Shown piece after piece: positions 1 through 7,343 of a stretch of 35,921 nucleotides of DNA. Positions within the stretch are counted from its first letter, which is position 1; every line of letters begins with the position of its first letter. The position numbers were made by a program, and so were the translations under genes. Below the pieces are notes generated by a model. That model saw only the letters and a list, made by a program, of their open reading frames with translations. It was not told the origin of the DNA and ran no database searches. The DNA comes from a virus (Duplodnaviria > Caudoviricetes): IMG/VR virus record IMGVR_UViG_3300044475_000166, positions 1-35,921 of that record; one strand, 5' to 3'.

Positions 1-1152
1 GTCGGTCATTTAATGACGAACCCTGCTATTTTGGTCGATGGCGAAGAAATTTTTGAAGGCATTATGGATGCTTTGGTAACACCGTTACTCAGTGTTGCTG
101 ATATTCGTGGTCAAAATGAGAACAAGAACTCTCGTAAAGGTTCAATGTATATCGTTAAACCAAAAATGCATGGACCAGAAGAAGTTGCATTTGCAGTTGA
201 ATTGTTTGAACGTGCAGAACAAGCAATTGGCTTACCTGCGAAGTCTTTAAAAATCGGTATTATGGACGAAGAGCGCCGTACATCAGTTAACTTGAAAAAC
301 TGTATTGAGGCTGCTAAAGACCGTACGATCTTTATTAACACTGGTTTTATGGACCGTACAGGTGATGAAATCCATACTTCTATGGAAGCAGCACCAGTTG
401 TTCGTAAAGAAGCAGTAAAAACACAAAAATGGATTGCAGCTTACGAAAACCGTAACGTAGCAATTGGTTTAGAGTGTGGTTTGCAAGGTAAGGCGCAAAT
501 TGGTAAAGGTATGTGGCCTAAGCCAGACAGTATGAAAGATATGTTAGCGACTAAAGCTGCACATCCAAATGCTGGTGCATCATGTGCTTGGGTGCCATCA
601 CCAGCGGGTGCTGCTCTACATGCGATGCATTACCATCAAGTGAATGTAAAAGCACGCCAAGATCAGTTAAAAGCTGAACAAATGCTTTCTTTAGATGATT
701 TGTTAACGCCTCCGTTTGCTCCAGAGACTAACTGGTCGGCTGAAGAGATCAACAATGAACTTGAAAATAACTGTCAAGGTATCTTGGGTTATGTAGTTCG
801 TTGGGTCGACTTGGGTGTAGGTTGCTCTAAAGTTCCAGATATCAACAACGTTGGTTTAATGGAAGACCGTGCAACATTACGTATTTCTTCACAACACGTT
901 GCAAACTGGTTACGTCACGGTATCGTTACACGTGAACAAGTTGAAGAAGTCTTGAAACGCATGGCTAAAATTGTAGATGGTCAAAATGCTGATGATCCAT
1001 TGTATACACCAATGGCAACAGACTTTGATAACAATATCGCTTTCCAAGCAGCTTCTGATTTAATCTTCAAGGGGGGTGTTCAGCCTTCAGGTTACACTGA
1101 GCCATTGTTACATGCTGCACGTTTGAAACTTAAAGGTTATACAGGTGACTAA
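1..1152 (+). CDS. glcB: Malate synthase G, 3' part (runs off the 5' window edge)
   Basis: Frame open from base 1 ([11 protein letters not shown]). Motifs [63 protein letters not shown]. Confidence 0.97.
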   Translation, partial: VGHLMTNPAILVDGEEIFEGIMDALVTPLLSVADIRGQNENKNSRKGSMYIVKPKMHGPEEVAFAVELFERAEQAIGLPAKSLKIGIMDEERRTSVNLKNCIEAAKDRTIFINTGFMDRTGDEIHTSMEAAPVVRKEAVKTQKWIAAYENRNVAIGLECGLQGKAQIGKGMWPKPDSMKDMLATKAAHPNAGASCAWVPSPAGAALHAMHYHQVNVKARQDQLKAEQMLSLDDLLTPPFAPETNWSAEEINNELENNCQGILGYVVRWVDLGVGCSKVPDINNVGLMEDRATLRISSQHVANWLRHGIVTREQVEEVLKRMAKIVDGQNADDPLYTPMATDFDNNIAFQAASDLIFKGGVQPSGYTEPLLHAARLKLKGYTGD

Positions 1153-1172
1153 TATTACCTTATAGGTTTGTG

Positions 1173-1205
1173 GAGGTATCTGGTTGATAGATACCTCTTT
1201 TTTTT
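1173..1205 (+). terminator. Intrinsic terminator after glcB
   Basis: GAGGTATCT-7nt-AGATACCTC followed by a long T run. Confidence 0.85.
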
Positions 1206-1219
1206 AATAGAGAAGAAAA

Positions 1220-1702
1220 ATGTATTTTTGGAACACGAATAAATTAATTGATGATTTGAAAAATGAACGTTTAGCTGATAAAGATTATAAAAACTATTAT
1301 TTGATAAGTGCTTCTGTTACTTTTTTAATGATGTTTGCTATTCGCTTTTCCCCTGTTGTTGATATCGTACCTAGCACTATTAATACGGTAATTACTATCT
1401 TAATGCTCATCATTGCCGTGAATTTTTGTTTTACTGCAAATGGTGGAGGTCATGGAAAGCAGTTTCTTAATCGTTTAATTTGTATTAGCTTGCCAATTAC
1501 TATAAAGATCTTTTTAGTATATTTCTTATTATTTGTCTTTATTGTGATTATTTTGGTGTTTTCTATGAGATTTATAGATATCTCTCAGACTCAAAAAATA
1601 TTTTCTCCCTATCAAGGATGGATATCATTAGTTACTTCAATTCTTGTACAAGCAATTATGTATTGGCGTTTTTATGTGGCTTTTAAAAAGATTAACAACT
1701 AA
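1220..1702 (+). CDS. Host integral membrane protein (~4 TM), function unknown
   Basis: 160 aa ORF with four hydrophobic segments and an AG-rich RBS. Confidence 0.75.
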   Translation: MYFWNTNKLIDDLKNERLADKDYKNYYLISASVTFLMMFAIRFSPVVDIVPSTINTVITILMLIIAVNFCFTANGGGHGKQFLNRLICISLPITIKIFLVYFLLFVFIVIILVFSMRFIDISQTQKIFSPYQGWISLVTSILVQAIMYWRFYVAFKKINN

Positions 1703-1720
1703 AAATCGGTAGACCTGAAG

Positions 1721-2179
1721 ATGTGTGCCAATTTTAAACCTCTAACCTTGTCGCAACTACAGCAATTCGGCTTGCCACAAATTCCATTTGAATATCTGGA
1801 AGAGGTTTATCCGAGTTATAAAACTCCGTTATTGTTTAAATCTGAGCATGGATTTGAGTGGCGAGAAGTATTATTTGGTTTCGTGCCGAAATGGGCTGAA
1901 GATGCCAGTGCCTCTAAGCGTACTTATAATGCTAGACATGAGACAATTTTTGAAAAGCCTAGCTTTCAGGATGCGGCTTATAAATGTAAGTTTGGTGTAA
2001 TTCCAGTCACTGAGTTTTATGAAAGTAAATATATTGAAAATAAACCACAACGATGGGGTGTGAGGCGTAAAGACGGCAAAGCCTTTTTTATTGCTGCAAT
2101 TTATGAAATTTGTAAAATCAATAATGAAATCATTCGTTCCGCAGCCATGCTGACGATGGATGCTATTCAACATTCATAA
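1721..2179 (+). pseudogene. SOS response-associated peptidase (SRAP/YedK/HMCES family), C-terminally truncated at the prophage junction
   Basis: N-terminal MCANF (catalytic Cys2), FGFVPKWA, YNARHET, PVTEFYE, MLTMDA. It stops at 152 aa, whereas the family is usually >200 aa. AT-rich phage DNA follows. Confidence 0.8.
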
Positions 2180-2222
2180 CATAAATATATGAAAAATATA
2201 ATTAATTATTTATGCTTGTTGG

Positions 2223-2246
2223 ATATTACTCACAATATTACTCACA
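2223..2246. repeat. Perfect tandem 12-bp repeat ATATTACTCACA x2, likely integrase arm-type sites
   Basis: Copies at 2223-2234 and 2235-2246, ~50 bp inside the junction. Confidence 0.65.
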
Positions 2247-2259
2247 TTTAATTTTATTG

Positions 2260-2286
2260 TAAAAAAAAGGCCGCCAAATGCGACCT
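2260..2286 (-). terminator. Terminator of the leftward early operon
   Basis: Minus strand reads AGGTCGC-ATTTG-GCGGCCT-TTTTTTT just after the xis stop. Confidence 0.7.
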
Positions 2287-2302
2287 GTGATTTATATCTA
2301 TT

Positions 2303-2527
2303 TCATGCATTCAGCGATGCAATATTATCATCATCTGGATTCACGATGCACTCCAAAACATAACTGTTCAACCAATAGTTTTTTCGACCATCTTTCATTG
2401 GTGGTTTAATACGGCCACCGTTTATTCTTGCGTACAACTCCTTTTCTGAAATATTCATTCTTAGAGCAAATTCCGCAGTGGAAATTCTACGTTCTGTATT
2501 TGTTAAATCTATTGCAACCCCCATCAT
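2303..2527 (-). CDS. AlpA-like excisionase / recombination directionality factor
   Basis: Small wHTH pattern (ISTAEFALRMNISEKELYARINGGRIKPPMKDGRKNYW). Last PL gene beside att. RBS AAGGAGG. Confidence 0.8.
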   Translation of the reverse strand: MMGVAIDLTNTERRISTAEFALRMNISEKELYARINGGRIKPPMKDGRKNYWLNSYVLECIVNPDDDNIASLNA

Positions 2528-3123
2528 GTCACCTCCTTAATAAGCTCATACTTTCTATTTTTAATCTTAGCCATAAGTAGGCAAGATTCATTATTTTCAG
2601 GATTGGCTAACTTCTGATAACTTTGGTTATAACGAACCATGTCAGCTCTACTCATTAGAATTAAGTTCTCCAATCTACAATCAGTTTTGTCCTGGTTCTT
2701 AAATGCTAGAACTTGATCTTTTGGAATAGGTCCATGTGTATTTTCCCAAATAACCCGATGCTTTAAATTAAATACGTTTGGCTCTGCGGTTTTGACTAGG
2801 ACATATCCGTCTTTTGAGCAAATGCGCTCATAACCGATAGGCTTCTTGTTCCAGGCTATCTGCCCAGCTTCAAAGTTTCCTGAGTTGGGTTGGCAGACAC
2901 CCTTGGTGCCTGTGTTCCATGGTTTTGAGCCTTTCTCAAAACAACCAGTTCTACCAGTATTCCATTTATTACGTTTGCACAGAGAACTGATTTGGTCGAC
3001 TGTTAATGTAGTGCTAAACACTTCATTTACTTTTTGAGTCAATTCTTTTCGCCCCAAGGAGCAGTTAGATTTAATAAAATCTAACTGCTCAGGGGTGTAT
3101 TTTATTGCAGTACCTTTTGGCAT
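2524..3123 (-). CDS. HNH-endonuclease-like phage protein
   Basis: FEKGSKPWNTG repeats, DGYVLVK, HRVIWE..GPIP....ENL motif. Confidence 0.8.
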   Translation of the reverse strand: MPKGTAIKYTPEQLDFIKSNCSLGRKELTQKVNEVFSTTLTVDQISSLCKRNKWNTGRTGCFEKGSKPWNTGTKGVCQPNSGNFEAGQIAWNKKPIGYERICSKDGYVLVKTAEPNVFNLKHRVIWENTHGPIPKDQVLAFKNQDKTDCRLENLILMSRADMVRYNQSYQKLANPENNESCLLMAKIKNRKYELIKEVT

Positions 3124-3126
3124 AGC

Positions 3127-3369
3127 TCACCCAATCAAAGACTGTGGAATAAGGGCAGGATCTGCATTCTTAATTCCACGATATTCGGCTACAAGCTTTG
3201 CAGCATTAAGACGCATGTTGTTATTCTTGATGACCTGTTCGCTAATTTTCTCAATCGCTTCAGCTTTTTGGATTTCAGCTTCAAGTGCACTACCTTTTAA
3301 TTCTGGATTGCTTAGGCGATCAAGTTGAGCGAATAAAACAGCATTTAAATCCATAGGTGTATTATTCAT
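3127..3369 (-). CDS. Phage hypothetical protein (coiled-coil)
   Basis: LNAVLFAQLDRL..LEAEIQKAEAI. The ATG at 3369 forms an ATGA overlap with the upstream ORF. Confidence 0.7.
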   Translation of the reverse strand: MNNTPMDLNAVLFAQLDRLSNPELKGSALEAEIQKAEAIEKISEQVIKNNNMRLNAAKLVAEYRGIKNADPALIPQSLIG

Positions 3370-3512
3370 TTTGTTCTCCAAAGCGCTTCTTTGAACTTCG
3401 CATTAATCACAAGTTCTTCAATTTCACCAACACTGACGTTGTCAAAAACATGTGTCATCTTTGCCCCAAACACTGTGAGTGTTCGGGTGATTGTTGAGTA
3501 TTTGAATTTCAT
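3366..3512 (-). CDS. 48-aa phage protein absent from the ORF track (MKFKYSTITRTLTVFGAKMTHVFDNVSVGEIEELVINAKFKEALWRTK)
   Basis: Hand translation. GAGG RBS, fills the gap after ERF, ATGA overlap with the next gene. Confidence 0.75.
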   Translation of the reverse strand: MKFKYSTITRTLTVFGAKMTHVFDNVSVGEIEELVINAKFKEALWRTK

Positions 3513-3526
3513 AAGCAGCCCTCGGG

Positions 3527-4282
3527 TTAATGACGCAAAGATTGCTGTTGTTGATTTTGTTGAGGAGGAATCTCATCCCAACCCATCTGATCTGCCCGAG
3601 CGCGGCATGCACGCCGTATAGCTTCGTTATATTGTGTATTTGCAAAAGTATTAATCGCTTTATCGAGTGTTTGAGGTTTTTTAGCCTCACGAATCGATAT
3701 AAGCGCATCGTTATAGCGTTGCCCAATGGTTTTTTGTTGTTGGCCATTACCATTTTGCTGATTGGACTTTTGTTGATTGCCAGGATTACCGTTAGCTTGT
3801 TGAGTTCGGTTATTGTTCTGCTGCGTATTATTTCGGGCATTATTGTTGACCTGATTATGATATTCATCAGAGTCATAGTCTTTGGTGTCATCAATCAGGA
3901 ATAAGCCATTCAGGGCATACTTACGCGCATAAGAACTAGATGCACCAAAAGTTTGAGCTACATCCATACCTTTCTTACTGATCTCTACACCTGCATGGGC
4001 TTGAACCGTAGTTTCTTTACCATTGGCATCGGTAAAGATAACTTTTGCTGTTACGACTACAACAGGTCCAACTTCCTGAACCTCGTCGGTAATAACCAGT
4101 GAGGCATTGTATTTTTGCAGTAGGGGTTTAACTGCTTCCAGAATGTCTTCACAGTTACGGTAGTTATAGTTACCAAAGGTATTGCGCTTACTTTTTGGAG
4201 CTTTAAGTTCAAGTTGAATAAGCTGTAATACGTTCACAGGTTGTTCTACAGCATTAGAATTTTGTTGATTTGTATTTGTCAT
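3527..4282 (-). CDS. ERF-family ssDNA annealing recombinase
   Basis: LKAPK..N.FGNYNYR.CEDILEAVKPLL and AQTFGASSSYARKYALNGLFLIDD (ERF signature). Q/N-rich linker. Confidence 0.92.
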   Translation of the reverse strand: MTNTNQQNSNAVEQPVNVLQLIQLELKAPKSKRNTFGNYNYRNCEDILEAVKPLLQKYNASLVITDEVQEVGPVVVVTAKVIFTDANGKETTVQAHAGVEISKKGMDVAQTFGASSSYARKYALNGLFLIDDTKDYDSDEYHNQVNNNARNNTQQNNNRTQQANGNPGNQQKSNQQNGNGQQQKTIGQRYNDALISIREAKKPQTLDKAINTFANTQYNEAIRRACRARADQMGWDEIPPQQNQQQQSLRH

Positions 4283-4294
4283 ATCCGTTACTCC

Positions 4295-4606
4295 TTAAGC
4301 ACCAACCCAGCCCATGCGTTTTTTATACGCACGACGGTCTCGTAAAGGGATGTTTGTACGTTGTAAAACTTCGGCTACATGTTTACGTCGCTGAAACGAG
4401 TGTTCATTGTCAAAACTTCTGCGAATCCACGGTTTTGCAACATGCACTTCAAGTTCAACTTTGGTTAGAGCACCTGTTCTGTGGTCAACCACATAGATAT
4501 CTTTACCGCGCTCAACATAGTTGGTGTGTCCAAGACGCATGGTGTAGAAGCCTTTTTCATCAATAGAAAGAAGCTCTGAGAAGTTATTAGGAGTTTGTGT
4601 ACTCAT
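4295..4606 (-). CDS. Phage early hypothetical protein (basic C-terminus)
   Basis: Tightly packed in the PL operon, GGGAG RBS. Confidence 0.7.
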   Translation of the reverse strand: MSTQTPNNFSELLSIDEKGFYTMRLGHTNYVERGKDIYVVDHRTGALTKVELEVHVAKPWIRRSFDNEHSFQRRKHVAEVLQRTNIPLRDRRAYKKRMGWVGA

Positions 4607-4848
4607 GGCTTAACTCCCGCTTTAACGATGTGTTCAACTTGAGCAGCAGTTTGATGACGATCAGCGGAACAGCTTGTGAAACCTGAAATACAAGCAGTAC
4701 TTATGATCAACGAGACTAAAACCAAACCTGATTTAGACTTGTAACGCACTGTGTTTTCAGCAGTAGGCGGTTGATGAAGAAAAGGAGTTGTATTGCTTTG
4801 GTTCTTTTCGAACTTTGGCATTTGACTATGTTTGATTGTTTGATTCAT
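4603..4848 (-). CDS. First PL gene, hypothetical with one hydrophobic segment
   Basis: ATG 4848 preceded by GAGG. Contains GLVLVSLIISTACISGF. Confidence 0.65.
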   Translation of the reverse strand: MNQTIKHSQMPKFEKNQSNTTPFLHQPPTAENTVRYKSKSGLVLVSLIISTACISGFTSCSADRHQTAAQVEHIVKAGVKP

Positions 4849-4868
4849 AATGACCTCGCAAAGTTTGC

Positions 4869-4904
4869 AAAGCCCTGTGTCCGCCAAGATGTCAGGGCTT
4901 TTTT
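4869..4904. terminator. Hairpin in the PL leader (terminator for + strand transcripts, or regulatory)
   Basis: AAAGCCCTG-loop-CAGGGCTTT followed by Ts. Confidence 0.65.
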
Positions 4905-4919
4905 GTGTTTACGAGGTTT

Positions 4920-4975
4920 AATTTAGTATTTACTAAATAATTAGTCAAGATATTTACTAAATTAATTTAGTGAAA
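4920..4975 (-). promoter_or_regulatory. PL promoter and OL operators
   Basis: Minus strand TTGACT (4948-4943)-17 bp-TAAATT (4925-4920). Palindrome ATTTAGTA-TT-TACTAAAT (4921-4938) plus half sites. The same motif occurs at OR. Confidence 0.85.
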
Positions 4976-5004
4976 TGTTTAGGTTGTGCTAAATTAATAA
5001 AAAG

Positions 5005-5027
5005 AAAACCCATCACTGGGATGGGTT
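5005..5027 (-). terminator. Terminator closing the immunity-region accessory block
   Basis: AACCCATC-5nt-GATGGGTT with T run on the minus strand. Near-identical copy at 7298-7320. Confidence 0.7.
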
Positions 5028-5043
5028 GGTTGGAGTTTTTGAG

Positions 5044-5280
5044 ATGGGCTTAACTGAATCGGAATTAGTAAATATTCGAAAAATTTTGGTTAGTGTTCAA
5101 TTGAGTTTAAGTGCTTGCAATAACACAATTACCACAGATGATGTAGACGCCAAGGAAGATGGAACGCATTGGCGCATTGATCACAATCAACAAATACAGC
5201 AGATTGATGAAATAGCGAAATTGCTCAATATCAACCTCTGTAGCGACCCTCAATGTTTCTATGGTAATAACGACCTTTAG
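5044..5280 (+). CDS. Hypothetical protein, convergent with and overlapping the KTSC gene
   Basis: GGAG RBS before ATG 5044, 78 aa, fills an otherwise empty 200 bp. Confidence 0.55.
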   Translation: MGLTESELVNIRKILVSVQLSLSACNNTITTDDVDAKEDGTHWRIDHNQQIQQIDEIAKLLNINLCSDPQCFYGNNDL

Positions 5281-5434
5281 ATGCTGCCGCCATTAGCTCA
5301 TTGTAGATATGAGAGGGCACATTGTAAAAAGTGTAATTTTTGGGATTATTTTTAAACTTAATATACAAATGATTGGTATCTGGGTTGTATCCCACAGCAT
5401 CTATTGAGCTAGATCTAACACGAATCATGTCCAC
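5231..5434 (-). CDS. KTSC domain protein
   Basis: VRSSSIDAVGYNP...LYIKF....YTFYNVP..IY..LMAA.SKGRYYH.NI.GRY matches the KTSC consensus. Confidence 0.9.
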   Translation of the reverse strand: MDMIRVRSSSIDAVGYNPDTNHLYIKFKNNPKNYTFYNVPSHIYNELMAAASKGRYYHRNIEGRYRG

Positions 5435-5496
5435 TTATTTCCTCCACCCGATCTGTACTAAGGAGCTGCGTCGGGTTCGCAGCAAAAGGTATTCTT

Positions 5497-5829
5497 ATGA
5501 AATTAGAAACATTGGTTTTAATGGAAAATCGACTTCACCCGAACTCAACACAAGTTTATATTGAGCACGTTAAAGAAGATGTGCCTGAATTTTTTGTACC
5601 AGTTGGTGATTACACTCAACCAATAGGGTATTTAAAATTCAAAAATATTGCTAAAAAAGGCTGCTTTGAATTAAGCTCATTAGAGAGCCTAAACCATCCC
5701 AACCCGTATCCACAATTTTCGTTGTCAGGTGTTTTATACTCTCGGCGGGCAGCTCTTGAAGCACATCACTCAATTTCTGCTTATCAGCAGGCGATAAATC
5801 AGATTGATCCACCTTTAACTGAAGAATAG
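5497..5829 (+). CDS. Hypothetical protein, antisense-overlapping the 167-aa gene
   Basis: AAAGGT RBS, protein-like composition, first half fills a non-coding gap. Confidence 0.4.
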   Translation: MKLETLVLMENRLHPNSTQVYIEHVKEDVPEFFVPVGDYTQPIGYLKFKNIAKKGCFELSSLESLNHPNPYPQFSLSGVLYSRRAALEAHHSISAYQQAINQIDPPLTEE

Positions 5830-6154
5830 TGCGAATGGTATCAGCCTCAAATCTAACGGTGACAACACCTAAGATCGCCGAAAGACCACCATCATCTTTG
5901 AGAAAATCTAATCCTTTTTCGGTGATTTTAGGTTTTGAAATTAAAATTACACCACCGCCACTTCCTGATGTGCTGGGTCTTACGCTTGTTGCATCCTCGC
6001 TTAATAAACCGTGCCCCTTTAAATAATTAAGATTAATAGCAGTCTTGAGATAATCCTCACTATCAGGTTTTTTCTCAAAATCAGTCCACGCAAATGGATA
6101 GCATTCTGCAATCTTGCTTAATAACTCAAGCTGTAACTCTCGATCTAAAATCAT
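5651..6154 (-). CDS. Winged-helix-like phage accessory protein
   Basis: LDRELQLELL...NLNYLKGHGLL...KITEKGLDFL wHTH pattern with a helical C-terminus. Confidence 0.75.
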   Translation of the reverse strand: MILDRELQLELLSKIAECYPFAWTDFEKKPDSEDYLKTAINLNYLKGHGLLSEDATSVRPSTSGSGGGVILISKPKITEKGLDFLKDDGGLSAILGVVTVRFEADTIRTILQLKVDQSDLSPADKQKLSDVLQELPAESIKHLTTKIVDTGWDGLGSLMSLIQSSLF

Positions 6155-6227
6155 ATTTGTTCCCAGTTTTTAGCCATGTCGGGTTCGCAGTTTTATTTAT
6201 CCAGCCAACAAAAATTGATTTATGGGT

Positions 6228-6548
6228 TTATAACTTAGAATACTTTTCTAAAAATTCATCTATCCATCCTTGTGCTGCCTCAATATTGGTTATGTCAGTT
6301 AGCTTTAGATTGGTGCTTTCTGCCTCGTTAAAACCTTCAATAATGGCGTCAAAGATATTTACCTCATCAAAGACCTCGCGTGCTATTTCCGTAGGGTCAT
6401 AGCTTTGTTTGGCTTTTTTGAGCGAGGCTATTTGTTTATCAATTCCTGCGCCAATTTTTTCTAATGCTAATTTAAATTCTTGACGATTAATCATTAGTGC
6501 ATTTTTGGATTTATTAAGTGTTGCGATCATTATGCTTTCCTGCATCAA
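6228..6548 (-). CDS. Hypothetical helical protein
   Basis: Co-oriented with neighbours. The start may be ATG 6530 (GGAAAG RBS). Confidence 0.7.
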   Translation of the reverse strand: MMQESIMIATLNKSKNALMINRQEFKLALEKIGAGIDKQIASLKKAKQSYDPTEIAREVFDEVNIFDAIIEGFNEAESTNLKLTDITNIEAAQGWIDEFLEKYSKL

Positions 6549-6557
6549 GGGTTTTTA

Positions 6558-6773
6558 TTACACAAAAAGCTGAATTCTTTTAAATTTCTTATTCATCTCA
6601 ATTTGGCTTTTATAAAATTTGTCTCTATCAGCTGCTTCTATAAATTTAGTGAATGTACTTGCTTCAAGAAGTCTATAAATAAATCTCTCACCAGTCCTAA
6701 GCACTACAGTTAATAAGAGGTGCTGGTAAAGCACATAGCTAATTTTGTGAGAATTTACTTCAATTTTTTGCAT
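6558..6773 (-). CDS. Divergent KTSC-like protein
   Basis: IEVNSHKISYVLY..LLTVVL.TGE.FIY.......F..FIEA....KFY..QI follows KTSC spacing. Confidence 0.6.
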   Translation of the reverse strand: MQKIEVNSHKISYVLYQHLLLTVVLRTGERFIYRLLEASTFTKFIEAADRDKFYKSQIEMNKKFKRIQLFV

Positions 6774-6775
6774 CT

Positions 6776-6910
6776 TTAGTATTTGAACTTCCTATTGTGA
6801 GCAACAACAACGCCAATTATTAAGATATCTATCTGATTTGAGTTAAGTGTTTGGAAATCAGGATTTAATGGAACAAGCTCAATAATATCAACATCAAATT
6901 CATTAACCCT
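6776..6910 (-). pseudogene. Relic 3' end of a second S24/CI-type repressor gene
   Basis: Hand translation RVNEFDVDIIELVPLNPDFQTLNSNQIDILIIGVVVAHNRKFKY* aligns with the cI C-terminus ETFELVPLNPDFPTLNSTQQEIRIIGVVVEHLRSFNK*. No start codon. Confidence 0.88.
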
Positions 6911-7247
6911 AACATTGAATGTTGCCTTTTCCTTTGTAGTAATCCAAAGCTAATTTTAGATCATGATCTAGCTTGGCTTGAGTAATTTCGTTAGGGAAAT
7001 GTTTAAGCAAAAGAGGAGCATACTCTTTATTGTAAACATTTGGATAATCAATACAGAGGATTTTTTTACGTTCAGTCAGAGCAGTTTTTGGGTCATCTAA
7101 TTTATCTAAATAGCCATTAATAATTGCATCTAACTTCTCGAATTGTGCTGATGCATGTGTGTCGGTCACTTGAGTAGCGGATTCTTGTTTTGAGCACCCA
7201 CTCAGGATTGCGAGAAGAACTAGTGTTAAGTGTATTTTTATTTTCAT
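6909..7247 (-). CDS. Lipoprotein
   Basis: MKIKIHLTLVLLAILSG-C signal peptide with lipobox LSGC. Two further Cys. Confidence 0.8.
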   Translation of the reverse strand: MKIKIHLTLVLLAILSGCSKQESATQVTDTHASAQFEKLDAIINGYLDKLDDPKTALTERKKILCIDYPNVYNKEYAPLLLKHFPNEITQAKLDHDLKLALDYYKGKGNIQC

Positions 7248-7297
7248 AATAATTGCCAATTAAGTTTTAGTGTAAAAAAAGATAGATGTTTAAATTT

Positions 7298-7320
7298 AAA
7301 ACCCATCACTAAGATGGGTT
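7298..7320 (-). terminator. Terminator after the kinase-partner pair
   Basis: AACCCATC-5nt-GATGGGTT plus T run on the minus strand. Confidence 0.7.
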
Positions 7321-7343
7321 GTATGGTTTCCTCATAAGGAATT

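Noticed and set aside
3391-3904. ORFs 3391-3621(+), 3530-3904(+) and 3442-3894(-)
   Set aside because: Shadows of ERF's Q/N-rich linker and the 48-aa gene.
6094-6402. + strand ORF as a third convergent partner
   Set aside because: Spans two minus-strand genes, has no RBS and an atypical composition.
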